Origin: Candidatus Micrarchaeia archaeon
GTDB taxonomy: Archaea > Micrarchaeota > Micrarchaeia > Anstonellales > Anstonellaceae
Direction of reading: 5' to 3'
DNA: 64,000 bases
Assembly: GCA_041663445.1 (NCBI GenBank)
Contig: JBAYMR010000001.1
Coordinates: 47,393-111,392 of the forward strand
Part shown: positions 9,470-19,195 of the stretch, one piece after another
Layout: the number at the start of each line of letters is the position of its first letter
How positions within the stretch are numbered: the first letter of the stretch is position 1
Made by a program: the position numbers and the translations under genes
The notes under the pieces: generated by a model
What the model was told of the DNA's origin: nothing
Databases searched by the model: none
What the model saw: only the letters and a program-made list of their open reading frames with translations

Positions 9470-10186
9470 ATGGAAATCAGGACAGTGGTGCTTGACTTCG
9501 ACGGGACGCTTGCGCCCATCAGGCGCGACCCATCAGCCGTGCGGCTGCCCGCCTCGATGCGCAGGCAGCTCGCTGTAATGGTTGCCGCCGGGCTTGAGGT
9601 GATGGTGCTTTCAGGCAGGCCATACTCTTTCCTTAAAGCACAGGAATTCCCGAAGGGCGTGCGCCTGTGCGGGAATTTCGGCAACCCGTCCGGCAGGCGG
9701 CAGGCAGGATTTGGAAAGGGATTCCTGCTTGCGCTTGGCAGGCTCGCAAAAATACGCGGCGTGGAAGTGGAGCGCAAGGCAGGCTATGCCGTGCATTACA
9801 GGAAGGCAAGGCAACAAGACATTGAAAAAGTGAAGAAGCTTGTCTACATTGCGGCTGATGAAGCAGGGGACGGCGCGTCCATGCTTTATGGGAGGAAGGC
9901 AGTGGAAATACTCCCCGCCGGGGTCATGCCCAAAGAGGAATTCCTGTCAAAGCTGGCGGGCGAAAGAAACCACGGCGTGCTTTTCATAGGCGACGACCCG
10001 TCCGACCTCGCGGCAATGCACGCGCTTCGCAAAAAGGGCAACTTTTCCTGCGCGCTTGTAAAGTCGGGGGAAGTGGACTCGGGAGTTGGCAGCTGGCCTG
10101 CAAAGCTTCTGAACAGGCGCGCGCTTGAGCGCTTCCTCAGCCGGCTTGCGCGCGCACAAGGTCGACGTAATTCACATCCAGGCTAA
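9470..10186 (+). CDS. otsB: Trehalose-6-phosphate phosphatase (HAD superfamily)
   Basis: HAD motif I LDFDGTL, motif IV GDDPSD, and an operon arrangement with otsA. Confidence 0.8.
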   Translation: MEIRTVVLDFDGTLAPIRRDPSAVRLPASMRRQLAVMVAAGLEVMVLSGRPYSFLKAQEFPKGVRLCGNFGNPSGRRQAGFGKGFLLALGRLAKIRGVEVERKAGYAVHYRKARQQDIEKVKKLVYIAADEAGDGASMLYGRKAVEILPAGVMPKEEFLSKLAGERNHGVLFIGDDPSDLAAMHALRKKGNFSCALVKSGEVDSGVGSWPAKLLNRRALERFLSRLARAQGRRNSHPG

Positions 10187-11141
10187 GTGATACCCGATTG
10201 CCGAGGTTCTTCTCAAGCGCTGCGCGCATCTCCTCCGCCTTTTCCTGCGTGATTGGCTTTGGCGAGTCAAGGGAGGCTGCTATGGCAAGGGAGCCGTCCT
10301 TCGCATGCTCGAACGAAACGTCCGTGAGCCTCGCGCCGAGTATGCCGTCAAGCTGCGAGGCAAGCACCTTTTCCGAGGTGGAGCTGATGCTGGAGGACTC
10401 GATGCTCTGCCACATTATCCAGGCAAGCGGCACCAGGATGAGCAGCAGAAGCACTGCGGAGGTCTGAAGCTTTTTCTTTGTCTCTTCCTCCGCAAACGAC
10501 CAGCGCGGGCTGAATTCCATAAGCCAGAAAACTGCGGACGCGGCAAAGTTTATGGCAACGATGTTCGCAAGGAACGTGAGCCCGCCGCCAAGTGCGATCA
10601 CTGGCTGCTTGAGCGCAAAGCCGATGCCCACCACGCAAAGGGGAGGCATCACCGCGACCGCGATTGCCACGCCGGGCAGCGCGGCGCCTATGCTTTTCTT
10701 GGTGAGCGCGTACGCCGCCGCCGTGCCGCTTGCAAGCGCCACGAACAGGTCAAGCGGGGTGGGGGCGGTGCGCAGCAATATCTCGCTGGTCACTGTGGCG
10801 TTTGGCACAAGAAGCGTGAGGAGCGCCACCAGGACTATCACAATCGCAACCCCCTTTGCCTCTGCCTCGATGGCGCCCGAGAAAAGCTTGATGTCGCCCT
10901 TCACCGCGCCAAGCGAGATGCCAATTATGGGCATGAGCAGCGGGGAGACCAGCATGGCGCCGATTATGACAGCAACGTTGTTGGTGAGAAGCCCGATGGT
11001 GGCGATGATTGCCGAAATGACGAGCATTGTGAAATACTCGTTTGACGGATGCGAGCCGCCGCCTATTTCCAGGCTTATCGCATCCTTTTCCTTCGGGCTT
11101 ATGCCGCCAAGGTAGTTCTTGAGCCATTGGATTATGTCCAT
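10137..11141 (-). CDS. DUF389-like integral membrane protein
   Basis: Multi-TM protein with VIIGAMLVSPLLMPIIGISLG, a pattern typical of the DUF389/TIGR00341 family. Its 3' end overlaps the otsB 3' end by ~50 bp (convergent). Confidence 0.55.
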   Translation of the reverse strand: MDIIQWLKNYLGGISPKEKDAISLEIGGGSHPSNEYFTMLVISAIIATIGLLTNNVAVIIGAMLVSPLLMPIIGISLGAVKGDIKLFSGAIEAEAKGVAIVIVLVALLTLLVPNATVTSEILLRTAPTPLDLFVALASGTAAAYALTKKSIGAALPGVAIAVAVMPPLCVVGIGFALKQPVIALGGGLTFLANIVAINFAASAVFWLMEFSPRWSFAEEETKKKLQTSAVLLLLILVPLAWIMWQSIESSSISSTSEKVLASQLDGILGARLTDVSFEHAKDGSLAIAASLDSPKPITQEKAEEMRAALEKNLGNRVSLSLDVNYVDLVRAQAG

Positions 11142-11229
11142 ATGCGCGATTTTTGCGCCAAACTTATTATTCTTACTGTGGTGCGTGCCGACGCAAACGC
11201 ATTAAAGCATTGGCGCGTTACAGAACCGC

Positions 11230-12186
11230 ATGGTGCTTGCCGAGCTTTTCACCCTGATAATCTCCATAGTCGTGCTTTCGCGCGCGGCGTCAGTCGTGGT
11301 GGACAACGCATCAAGGCTCGCGCGCTTCTTCAACGTGAGCACGCTTGCCATCGGGCTGCTGTTGATGTCGGTTGCCACTTCGCTGCCCGAGCTTTCAGTG
11401 TCCGTGATGTCATCGGTCGCTGGCGAGGGCGCGATTGCCGCCGGAAACGTGTTCGGCTCAAACATTGCAAACGTCCTGCTCATACTCGGCCTCGCCGCGG
11501 CGCTTTACGGCTTCAAGGTGAGGAGGGACATACTGCCGGACATTGCGATAGTGCTCCTTGCCACCACAGTGATTTCAGTATATATAATATACAAATCAAG
11601 CGTGGATGGGGGCGCGCTTTCCTTCTACGAGGGGGTTTTGCTGCTCCTGGTGTTTGCCTGGTATGCAAACAGGATACTGTCAAAAAAGAGGATTGACGAA
11701 GCCCCCGCGGCGTCAAAAATGAGCCTGCGCGACGGGCTCCACGCGTTCCTGTTCTTCGGCGCAGGCGTGGTGGTTGTGATAATAAGCTCCAGCTTTGTGG
11801 TGGACTCTGCTGTGTCGCTTGCGAAAATCGCAGGGCTTGCGGAAAGCTTCATAGGTGCCACCATAATAGCGATAGGCACCTCGCTCCCGGAGCTGTCAGT
11901 CGACCTTGCCGCAATAAGGAAAAAGCAGTACGGGCTTGCGCTCGGGGATGCAATCGGCAGCAACATGGCGAACCTCACGCTCGTGCTCGGCACTGCCGCG
12001 ATAATAAGCCCCATAGTGGTGCAGCTCAAGGTATTCTCTGTCGCGCTCCTATTTGCAATAATAGCGAACATGGCATTCTTCTACATCGCCGTGGTGAAGA
12101 AGGAATTCGGCAGGAAGGAAGGCATCGCCATGCTTGCGCTTTACGCGATATACATCATTGCGATATTCTACCTGCAGTTCGCATGA
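11230..12186 (+). CDS. Na+/Ca2+ exchanger (CaCA family, YrbG/NCX_Mj-like)
   Basis: Two alpha-repeat motifs: GSNIANVLLILG / GTSLPEL and GSNMANLTLVLG / ATSLPEL. Confidence 0.8.
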   Translation: MVLAELFTLIISIVVLSRAASVVVDNASRLARFFNVSTLAIGLLLMSVATSLPELSVSVMSSVAGEGAIAAGNVFGSNIANVLLILGLAAALYGFKVRRDILPDIAIVLLATTVISVYIIYKSSVDGGALSFYEGVLLLLVFAWYANRILSKKRIDEAPAASKMSLRDGLHAFLFFGAGVVVVIISSSFVVDSAVSLAKIAGLAESFIGATIIAIGTSLPELSVDLAAIRKKQYGLALGDAIGSNMANLTLVLGTAAIISPIVVQLKVFSVALLFAIIANMAFFYIAVVKKEFGRKEGIAMLALYAIYIIAIFYLQFA

Positions 12187-12247
12187 GCCGCGCGGCGGGG
12201 TGCGTTGGGAAACCTGCCGGTGCACATTCTCCATTTGAGTTTCCTAT

Positions 12248-13552
12248 CTAGTAGAGCCCCGATATCTGCGAGAAGATGACAATCAGCAGAAGCGCAATCG
12301 GGACGAGCACGCGCGAGGCGAATGCAAAATAGCCATCGTAGCGGGGCGGGAGCCCGATTGCACCCGAGATGCCCTTATGGGGCAGGAGATAGGCGCAGGA
12401 GATTGCCACCGCAAGCGCTGAGAACGGCGCGAGGAAAGACCCGAAAAAGAAATCGAACAGGTCCAGGAAAGGCTTTCCGAACATCGAAAGCGTTAGCGGG
12501 GAATATGAGAGTGCAGAAAGCATTCCCACAAGGAAGATTCCCGCGCCGGCAATCGCGCCCCATTTCTTCCCGAAAGTGACGAACGACACGTTTACGTGCT
12601 CGACCATGGAGATTACCGATGTAAAAGCCGCCGCGAAGAGAAGCCCGAAGAAAAGTGCGCCGACGATTGCACCTAGAATACCTTGCGACAGGAAGAAGAG
12701 CGGGAGCGTCTCGAACGAAAGCGCAAGCCCGGTGCCAGGGGAGGAAAGCGTGGAGGCGAGCATTGCCACTGCGACGAATGCAAGCGCGGATGCTGCGGTG
12801 TCGGCGCCTGCGACCTGGATTGAGGATGAGAATATGTCCTTTCCGCGCTTCAGGTGCATCCCGTATGTGAACATTATGCCGTACCCCACTGACAGGGAGA
12901 AGAGCACCTGCGAGAGCGCATAATACCATGTGCGCGGCTCGAATATCTTCTCAGCCCCTGAAAAAGCGTTTTGCCGGAACGAATCAACCGCGCCGTCGAG
13001 CGTGCACGCGTAAGCCGCAAGGATGACAAGGGAAATGAAAAGCAGGGGGACGAGCTTCCCGGTGATTGGCTCGATGCCCTTGCTGATTCCGCGGAAAACC
13101 GTGAAATACGCTGCAGCGAAAATCAGGATGAAGTACGCGATGGGTGAAAAGTCGCTTTGCATGTGCTGGAACGAGGGCGCTGAGCCGAGAAGGAAATTCC
13201 CGGCAAACCAAAGCGTCCACGCGCACAGGACCATGTAATAGCCGGTTATCACAAGGCTCACGATGACCGGGAAAAAGCCGAGTGCCTCTCGGATTGGCCT
13301 TTTCAGGAACGGGATGTTCTTGGTTTGCCAAACCGACTTTGCAAAGCTTTTTTTCTCCCTGAACCCCTGTCCCGTTTCCATGAGGAAAAGCGGTATGCCT
13401 ATTATCGCAAGGCAGGCAAGATAGGGTATGAAAAACCAGATGCCGCCGTTCTCCGAAGCTATGTAGGGGAAGCGCCAGATGTTGCCAAGCCCGACTGCCG
13501 CCCCGATTGAGGCAAGGACAAATGCAGTCTTCGAAGACCATTGCTCAGCCAT
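12248..13552 (-). CDS. Neurotransmitter:sodium symporter (NSS/SNF) family transporter
   Basis: GLGNIWRFPY signature near the N-terminus and 11-12 TM helices. Start trimmed to MAEQWSSK. Confidence 0.85.
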   Translation of the reverse strand: MAEQWSSKTAFVLASIGAAVGLGNIWRFPYIASENGGIWFFIPYLACLAIIGIPLFLMETGQGFREKKSFAKSVWQTKNIPFLKRPIREALGFFPVIVSLVITGYYMVLCAWTLWFAGNFLLGSAPSFQHMQSDFSPIAYFILIFAAAYFTVFRGISKGIEPITGKLVPLLFISLVILAAYACTLDGAVDSFRQNAFSGAEKIFEPRTWYYALSQVLFSLSVGYGIMFTYGMHLKRGKDIFSSSIQVAGADTAASALAFVAVAMLASTLSSPGTGLALSFETLPLFFLSQGILGAIVGALFFGLLFAAAFTSVISMVEHVNVSFVTFGKKWGAIAGAGIFLVGMLSALSYSPLTLSMFGKPFLDLFDFFFGSFLAPFSALAVAISCAYLLPHKGISGAIGLPPRYDGYFAFASRVLVPIALLLIVIFSQISGLY

Positions 13553-13565
13553 GCATCTATGATTC

Positions 13566-15032
13566 TTGGGAAAATCAAATAAACACGCCTGCAGGGGGGA
13601 AATGCCTGCCGCCGACACTCTTTTTAATGCTCAGCCGCTTTATCTGCCCATGCAGAATCCTGTTCCCAAGCTGGTTTCCCGCACAAAGGTGTGGTCGGGC
13701 TACCTTTTCATACTCCTGGGGCTGCTCATGGTGCTGATGGTTATCCGCGCCGCCTTTTTCGGGAATATACCTGAAGACAAGAGGATATGGGTGGAAATCA
13801 CCCTGCTTCTCCTGGTGGCGCTCGTGGCCGAAAGGCTGGTGCAGCAATGGAAGCAGCCGTTCGTGATGGTGCTGCTCCTTTTGGGCGTCCTGATTTCGCC
13901 ATACACGCTGAATGCAGTATGGCCCGCTGTGATGGGGGCAGCCACGCCCATCCTGCAAGGTGTTGGCATACAGCCGCCAGCATCAACGCCCGAGCTTTTG
14001 GGTGAAAGCCAAATCGTCAAGGTCTTCGCAAATATCGGTGTCATAATACTCCTTTTCAGGATAGGCATGCACTCCGAAATAGAAAAGGTCTTCAACATGA
14101 AGAATTTCCTGGTGGCATTGGGGGGCGTAATTCTTCCCTTTGTGGCAGGATTCATGTTTGCGCAGTGGAGCGGGGGCGGGTTCGCATTCTCGCTTTTCGT
14201 GGGTGCCGCGCTGACCGCCACTTCGGTCGGCATCACGGTCGCCGTGCTTGAGGAAATGAAGGCAATAGACAAGCCGTTTGCGCAGGTGATACTCGGCGCC
14301 GCGGTCATAGACGATGTCTTGGCTTTGGTCGCGCTCGGGCTGGTAAGCAGCATGCCATCCGACCTTGCGGCAATCTCAATCGCCCCGATTGTGCAGGTGA
14401 TGGGCATTGCGCTGGTATTCGTGGTGTCCGGGCTGATGCTTGGCAAGATTTTCGTGGAGCGCTTCTTCAGTTATGAGGAGGAAGAAATTTCCAAGCGGAC
14501 GCTTTCTGGCATGCTGGCGCTGCTTTTCTTCTATTCCTTTGCCTCCGAGGCGCTGGGGCTTTCTGCCATAGTGGGCGCGTTCATCGCAGGGCTCGTGATA
14601 AGCTATTCGCCCATGGCGCACAAGCTGAACAAGGCGCTGTTCGCAATGGACGTCATTTTTGTCCCGATATTCTTCATCTCGCTCGGGATGCTGGTGAACG
14701 TTTGGGATATCCCTGGCGCGCTGGTGCCTGTTATTGCGCTCACCGCAATCGCCATAATCACCAAAATGATAGGCTGCGGCCTGCCCGCCGTGCTCATGGG
14801 GATGAAACCGAAGGAAGCCCTGCTGGTCGGCTGGGGGATGGTCCCGCGCGGCGAAATCGCGCTCGTTATCGCACTGATTGGCATAACCACGCTCGACCCG
14901 ACGGGCAAGCCTGTGCTCGACGCCGCGGAATACACCATCATCGCCTCGATGGCGTTCCTTTCCACGGTGATTGTGCCCGTGGGGCTGAAGGCGCTGGTTG
15001 CCAGGGCAGAATCCTCATCAAGCCAGGGCTAA
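13566..15032 (+). CDS. Monovalent cation:proton antiporter (CPA1/CPA2, Na+/H+ exchanger-like)
   Basis: About 12 TM helices with a conserved CPA core (GVIILLFRIGMHSE..., ALVIALIG...). The true start may be the internal Met at ~13650. Confidence 0.75.
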   Translation: MGKSNKHACRGEMPAADTLFNAQPLYLPMQNPVPKLVSRTKVWSGYLFILLGLLMVLMVIRAAFFGNIPEDKRIWVEITLLLLVALVAERLVQQWKQPFVMVLLLLGVLISPYTLNAVWPAVMGAATPILQGVGIQPPASTPELLGESQIVKVFANIGVIILLFRIGMHSEIEKVFNMKNFLVALGGVILPFVAGFMFAQWSGGGFAFSLFVGAALTATSVGITVAVLEEMKAIDKPFAQVILGAAVIDDVLALVALGLVSSMPSDLAAISIAPIVQVMGIALVFVVSGLMLGKIFVERFFSYEEEEISKRTLSGMLALLFFYSFASEALGLSAIVGAFIAGLVISYSPMAHKLNKALFAMDVIFVPIFFISLGMLVNVWDIPGALVPVIALTAIAIITKMIGCGLPAVLMGMKPKEALLVGWGMVPRGEIALVIALIGITTLDPTGKPVLDAAEYTIIASMAFLSTVIVPVGLKALVARAESSSSQG

Positions 15033-15352
15033 TGCGCGTGCTTGATTATGGGCGCGCCGCGCCAATATCCGCGCTCTTGCCGCGCATGAAAATTTCCTTG
15101 GTGTTTCGTGGCAGCGCGTATGGAGCCAAGTATAAATGGGCCAATTTAGGCGCCTGAATCGCGCTCGGCGCATAATCTTGCCCAATTGTACACGAGGCAA
15201 TAAGGTCAGTACGGCACAAAAGGAGGACATGGCACTTGGCATTCGCCTAGATCTGAGTGCATATGAAGCCAAAGGCAACCTGACCGTCCAGCTCAAGGAG
15301 AGCTTGACGCCATGTGGCAAAAAAGCGAAAAGCCAGTCAAAAAATCAAAAGT

Positions 15353-15415
15353 TTATCTCGATGACCCCAGGACAAAATGTAATAAGTTACGCCACGACCC
15401 CCTACTTTTGGCACT
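15353..15415. repeat. Dispersed repeat family, copy B
   Basis: tctcgatgaccccaggacaaaatgtaataagttacgccacgaccccctacttttggcac; ~85% identical over 50 bp to 16791-16840. Confidence 0.45.
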
Positions 15416-15509
15416 AAGTCACGTCGAAGGGGCTTTCACCCCCGATTCCATGACTTGGTAGCGTTAGTTTATGTATAAAGTTAAAAAAGAGATGCAGGTC
15501 TTCTGGCAA

Positions 15510-16616
15510 CTAAAGCGGCTTTGGTTCGATTACCTTCCCGCCGGATGCCACCACCATGCGGCGCCCATCTTCAAAGATAGCATAGACGTCAGCCCGTATC
15601 GGCGAGATGGGCGCGTAAACTACATCCTGGTGCGTGCTTGCATCCACAACTCCGCTCCACGACCCTTTCGTTCCGAAATGGATGTTTTTCCCGTACGCTA
15701 TGTGTACGCCTGCTTTTTCCTCTTCTAGTATGTTCCCAAGCCTGGCGCTCGGATTCAAGCCAAATCCGAGTTCGGCGACGTTTGCGGCATTCGGGTCCTT
15801 TTCTATCAGAGCCAGGAGCTTCCTCGCAAAAGCAGAGTCGCCCGGCACCCCCACTATCCGGTTTTTCTCTACGAGCAGGAGAACTGTCTTCCCGTCCTCT
15901 GCAGAATAGACGGGCCATACGCCCTCGGTTTGCGAATTTCCAATCGCCGCAAGGGCGCCAGGGTGCACGCCTTCATAGGGCGTGCAGTAAAATTCAGCGC
16001 CTGGCAGGTTTGTAAACCCGTCGCCCGGATTCCTGCTGAATCCGGGGCTCATGTGCCAGTTCGCGTGCCTTGTGTCGACATACAATGAGAAGACCAGTCC
16101 CGGGGGGACATTGAAAGTTATTTCAAACCCAACAGCATCCTTCACCATGTTCATGGCTTTGGAGCCAAGCTCATTCATGGCGTCATGGTCCACAGACATG
16201 GCGCCCTCATTGCTTGAAACCACTGTCGGCATGCTAAGCCCGCGAACCGACCCTGTTTGTTTTGCTATTTCTTTAAGGTCAGCGGTCTGCGAATAGGTTG
16301 TCATTGCGACGACAATGTCCGCAGATTTTATTATGCCAACCACATTGGAGACTGGTTCGCCTCCAAATAGTCCGTCGGAAGGAAAATTGGCATTGTGTTT
16401 GCCGGGTTCCGCATATTTTAGAAGGGGGAGCACCTGAAAGCCAATCCTTTTTGACAGGACGGAAGCGGCTTTCACCCATCTAAGCAAAAGGTCGCGCCTG
16501 TCCTGCCTTTCAGGGTCAAGAGGGCCGTTCGGCTCATCGGTTACAAAGAGCAGCTTTTCGCCTTTCTTCGGCTGGAGGGCGCTGATGATCAATTTTTGGA
16601 TTCTTTCCTGAGACAT
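15510..16616 (-). CDS. M29-family aminopeptidase (AmpS/PepS/aminopeptidase T-like)
   Basis: N-terminal region ...SALQPKKGEKLLFVTDEP... and C-terminal KAGVHIAYGKN, which matches the HIAxG motif of M29 peptidases. The ORF extends to 16838; start trimmed to MSQERIQ. Confidence 0.65.
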   Translation of the reverse strand: MSQERIQKLIISALQPKKGEKLLFVTDEPNGPLDPERQDRRDLLLRWVKAASVLSKRIGFQVLPLLKYAEPGKHNANFPSDGLFGGEPVSNVVGIIKSADIVVAMTTYSQTADLKEIAKQTGSVRGLSMPTVVSSNEGAMSVDHDAMNELGSKAMNMVKDAVGFEITFNVPPGLVFSLYVDTRHANWHMSPGFSRNPGDGFTNLPGAEFYCTPYEGVHPGALAAIGNSQTEGVWPVYSAEDGKTVLLLVEKNRIVGVPGDSAFARKLLALIEKDPNAANVAELGFGLNPSARLGNILEEEKAGVHIAYGKNIHFGTKGSWSGVVDASTHQDVVYAPISPIRADVYAIFEDGRRMVVASGGKVIEPKPL

Positions 16617-16790
16617 GTTCCCCGACAGTTTTTGTCCTGAGAAGTCTTTTGTTGAACCGCTACATCCTTTTTGACTGAAATAAATGTTTTTTCTGAAAAT
16701 CATGTACCCACCCAGTCCATTTTCTGCATAGAAGTGCTTAAAAAGAATGGGTTGTGGAAAGTGCTCTTTCCAGTCAAAAACAGTTTTCTT

Positions 16791-16881
16791 TCTCGATGGC
16801 CCCAAGACAAAACGTAATAGGATACGCCATGCCCCCATCGTGCGCTACCGGGTTATGACGTGCAACACTTTAAATAGGTTT
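16791..16881. repeat. Dispersed repeat family, copy C (contains the TATA box TTTAAATA at 16869-16876)
   Basis: tctcgatggccccaagacaaaacgtaataggatacgccatgcccccatcgtgcgctaccgggttatgacgtgcaacactttaaataggttt. The 3' ~60 bp is nearly identical to 18372-18430. It lies immediately upstream of the AbiEi-like gene. Confidence 0.5.
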
Positions 16882-17014
16882 CAAAAAACTTTGGGCTTGC
16901 TCGCCCGCCATTTCTTTCTCAAACCAATCCAAAATGACTATCATTTTGTCTTAAACCAAGACGAAATGATATCTCCAGATACCCTTAAAAACACTAGTTA
17001 CCTAATAGGTAACT

Positions 17015-17617
17015 ATGTATTCCGAAATTCCCTATGCCTGCATGCGCGCGTACGCGCTGCTCTTTTCTCGCTTCGGGGCAAGCCGCCCCTTCGCCCAATC
17101 GGAGCTGGATTTCGTTTTCTCCACCCCAATGAAGAAGAAGGTGTTTTCCATCCTGCTGAATGCAGGCTGGATAAGAAAGCGCGACAGGCTGAATTACCTG
17201 TGCAACGAGCCTGGCGAGGTATTCCGGCACCTGCTGGACTTCAAGGTGCCGCAAATGCTGGGGAAGGCGCAAAAGCCCTATGCGTTTTCCGGCCTCTCGG
17301 CAATCGAGGTGTGGAGCGACTACTCCTACACGCAGCGAAGCGTTGAGCGCTCGCCGTATTTCATCAGGGTGCTGCGCAGGGATCTGCCTTACTGGAAGGG
17401 ATTCTTTGCCGCAAAAAGGGTGCCAGTCTACGTTGGAAAGGGAACTTCTATTGGGGAGTTTGCTATCTTACAGCCAGCGGCAAAGCTGGAATCGGTTGAA
17501 AAGGACGGGCTGTCTGTCGAGCCGCTCCAGGATGCGATGGCCGAGGCAAGGGCGAATGAGATGCATTATTATGCGTATGAGTATATGAAAAAGAAATACG
17601 GGCGAATCAATGGATAA
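17015..17617 (+). CDS. Putative AbiEi-like antitoxin/transcriptional regulator (type IV TA), 200 aa
   Basis: Inferred from context only: a ~200-aa protein with an 8-nt overlap to the downstream AbiEii-like nucleotidyltransferase. I cannot confirm a wHTH from sequence alone. Confidence 0.4.
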   Translation: MYSEIPYACMRAYALLFSRFGASRPFAQSELDFVFSTPMKKKVFSILLNAGWIRKRDRLNYLCNEPGEVFRHLLDFKVPQMLGKAQKPYAFSGLSAIEVWSDYSYTQRSVERSPYFIRVLRRDLPYWKGFFAAKRVPVYVGKGTSIGEFAILQPAAKLESVEKDGLSVEPLQDAMAEARANEMHYYAYEYMKKKYGRING

Positions 17618-18299
17618 GTTTGCTGTACGCGAAAAGGAAGTGTTCGGCGCGCTCGAAGCGCTTGTGCACTCAAAGTGCAAGTTTGCCGTGATAGGCGGCT
17701 ATGCAGTGAATGCCTATGCCTTGCCCAGGTTTTCAGTGGACTGCGACCTTGTGGCAAGCAAGGATGGCGCGCGCAAGGTTGCTCACAAGCTGCTTGCATG
17801 CGGTTTCCATCGCGTACCTCTCCCAAAGCACGCGCCATACGTGAACTTCGTGCGCCTTGAAAAAGAAGTTCTGCCAAGTATTGTTGCGGCATTCGACATC
17901 CTTTATGATGAGGTGCACGACAGGCAGTCAGGCACAACTTTTACCGCGGAGTGGATATTTCTCCATTCATCCATAGTTTCTCTTCCGGCAAAGACATTTG
18001 CGGGTCAACTGAAGGTGCGCGTAGTAGACGCAGATACGCTTTTTGTGATGAAGTTCTGCTGCGCAAGGGCAACTGACATCCGGGACATTTTCATGTTCTG
18101 TGACAAGGTGAAAGACTGGGAATGGGCCAGGGCTGAAATTGCGGCGAGAATGGATTTGGCAGCGCAGCACAGGAAGATAATGCAAAAGGTGTCTGGCACG
18201 GAATTCAGGAAGGATTTGGGCGGCGTTTATGGCTATGTGGAGCCTGCGGCATTCGGAAAAAGGCTGAAAATCTTGGAAAGCGCGCTCAAAATTTCCTAG
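17610..18299 (+). CDS. AbiEii/DUF1814-like nucleotidyltransferase (putative TA toxin)
   Basis: NTase-fold signature FAVIGGYAVNAYALPRFSVDCDLV (GG...PRFS.D.D), characteristic of AbiEii/AbiGii-family nucleotidyltransferases. Confidence 0.6.
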   Translation: MDKFAVREKEVFGALEALVHSKCKFAVIGGYAVNAYALPRFSVDCDLVASKDGARKVAHKLLACGFHRVPLPKHAPYVNFVRLEKEVLPSIVAAFDILYDEVHDRQSGTTFTAEWIFLHSSIVSLPAKTFAGQLKVRVVDADTLFVMKFCCARATDIRDIFMFCDKVKDWEWARAEIAARMDLAAQHRKIMQKVSGTEFRKDLGGVYGYVEPAAFGKRLKILESALKIS

Positions 18300-18339
18300 G
18301 AAATGTGCTCTGCCGCAAGGTTAATTAACGCCGTACACA

Positions 18340-18430
18340 AAATAAGATTACATGGCATCGTCGACGAAGTTCACGCCATGCCCTCATCGTGCGCTACCGG
18401 GTTATGACGTGCAACACTTTAAATAGGTTT
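18340..18430. repeat. Dispersed repeat family, copy D (contains TTTAAATA at 18418-18425)
   Basis: ...cacgccatgccctcatcgtgcgctaccgggttatgacgtgcaacactttaaataggtttt; 2 mismatches over ~60 bp relative to copy C. Sits just downstream of the AbiEii-like gene, so copies C and D bracket the TA pair. Confidence 0.5.
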
Positions 18431-18484
18431 TAGGGAACTGGCGCAAGCCATTGGGAAATGCGCGGACTGCGCAGGCCAAGCGCT

Positions 18485-19195
18485 TTACCTGACCGGCAGG
18501 TATTTCCTGTAGTTCAGAAGCCTGTTGAGCGGCATTTTCGGGAAATCCGTTACAAGCCCCAGGTTTGCGTAGTAAAGCGCGGCCCTGAAAGTCCCGCTGC
18601 TCTCCAGCCTGCGCGCGGAAGTGGTGACCGTGGGCTCGGGAAGGAAAATCACCCGCCCGGCCTTGTGGAGCCTTTTTGCGAATGCACCGTCCTCAAGCGG
18701 GGCGTTCGGGAACCCGCCCGTCCGGAAGAATGTTTCGCGCCGCACTGCGTTGTTGAAGCCGAGTATCTCGCCCCTGCCGAATGCGCCCTTGATGAGCAGG
18801 TACTTGTTTGAAAGCTCCTGCACTGCGCCTAGCGTGCGGCTGCTTTTGTCGAACCGGAACGCGCACGACAGGCCCGAGATGCTTTTTTCGCGCATGACCG
18901 CGTGGACAGCCTCCATGTAGTTGCTCGGGATGCAGGTGTCGGCGTCCACGAATATGAAAAGGCTTCCCTTCGCCGCCTTTGCGCCCGCGTTCCTGCCGAA
19001 GGAGATGCCCTTCTTTTTGGACGTGACGAAGCGGTCCGCGCGCCTGAGGGCTATCTTGCGCGTCCCGTCCGTGCTTTGCCCGTCAGCCACAATAAGCTCA
19101 TAGTCAAGGGAAGTCTGCTGGCGCCTGATGGAGCGGAGGCACGAGGCAAGCAGCTTTTCCTCGTTCAATGCCGGAACTATTACCGAAACGTCCAT
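18485..19195 (-). CDS. Family-2 glycosyltransferase (DPM1-like)
   Basis: MDVSVIVPALNEE...LIVADGQSTDGT...FVDADT: GT2 N-terminal signature with DxD. Confidence 0.8.
   Translation of the reverse strand: MDVSVIVPALNEEKLLASCLRSIRRQQTSLDYELIVADGQSTDGTRKIALRRADRFVTSKKKGISFGRNAGAKAAKGSLFIFVDADTCIPSNYMEAVHAVMREKSISGLSCAFRFDKSSRTLGAVQELSNKYLLIKGAFGRGEILGFNNAVRRETFFRTGGFPNAPLEDGAFAKRLHKAGRVIFLPEPTVTTSARRLESSGTFRAALYYANLGLVTDFPKMPLNRLLNYRKYLPVR

Noticed and set aside
16747-17346. 199-aa ORF spanning repeat copy C into the AbiEi-like gene; also the 15136..15417 ORF across copy B
   Set aside because: The repeat copies occur in different reading frames in the two ORFs, so the conserved element is DNA-level, not coding. 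The ORFs overlap better-supported genes.
16791-18430. Integron attC-like cassette boundaries for the repeats flanking the TA pair
   Set aside because: No integron integrase, no R''/L''/L'/R' inverted-repeat architecture recognisable, and the context is archaeal. Described simply as a direct-repeat-bounded cassette.
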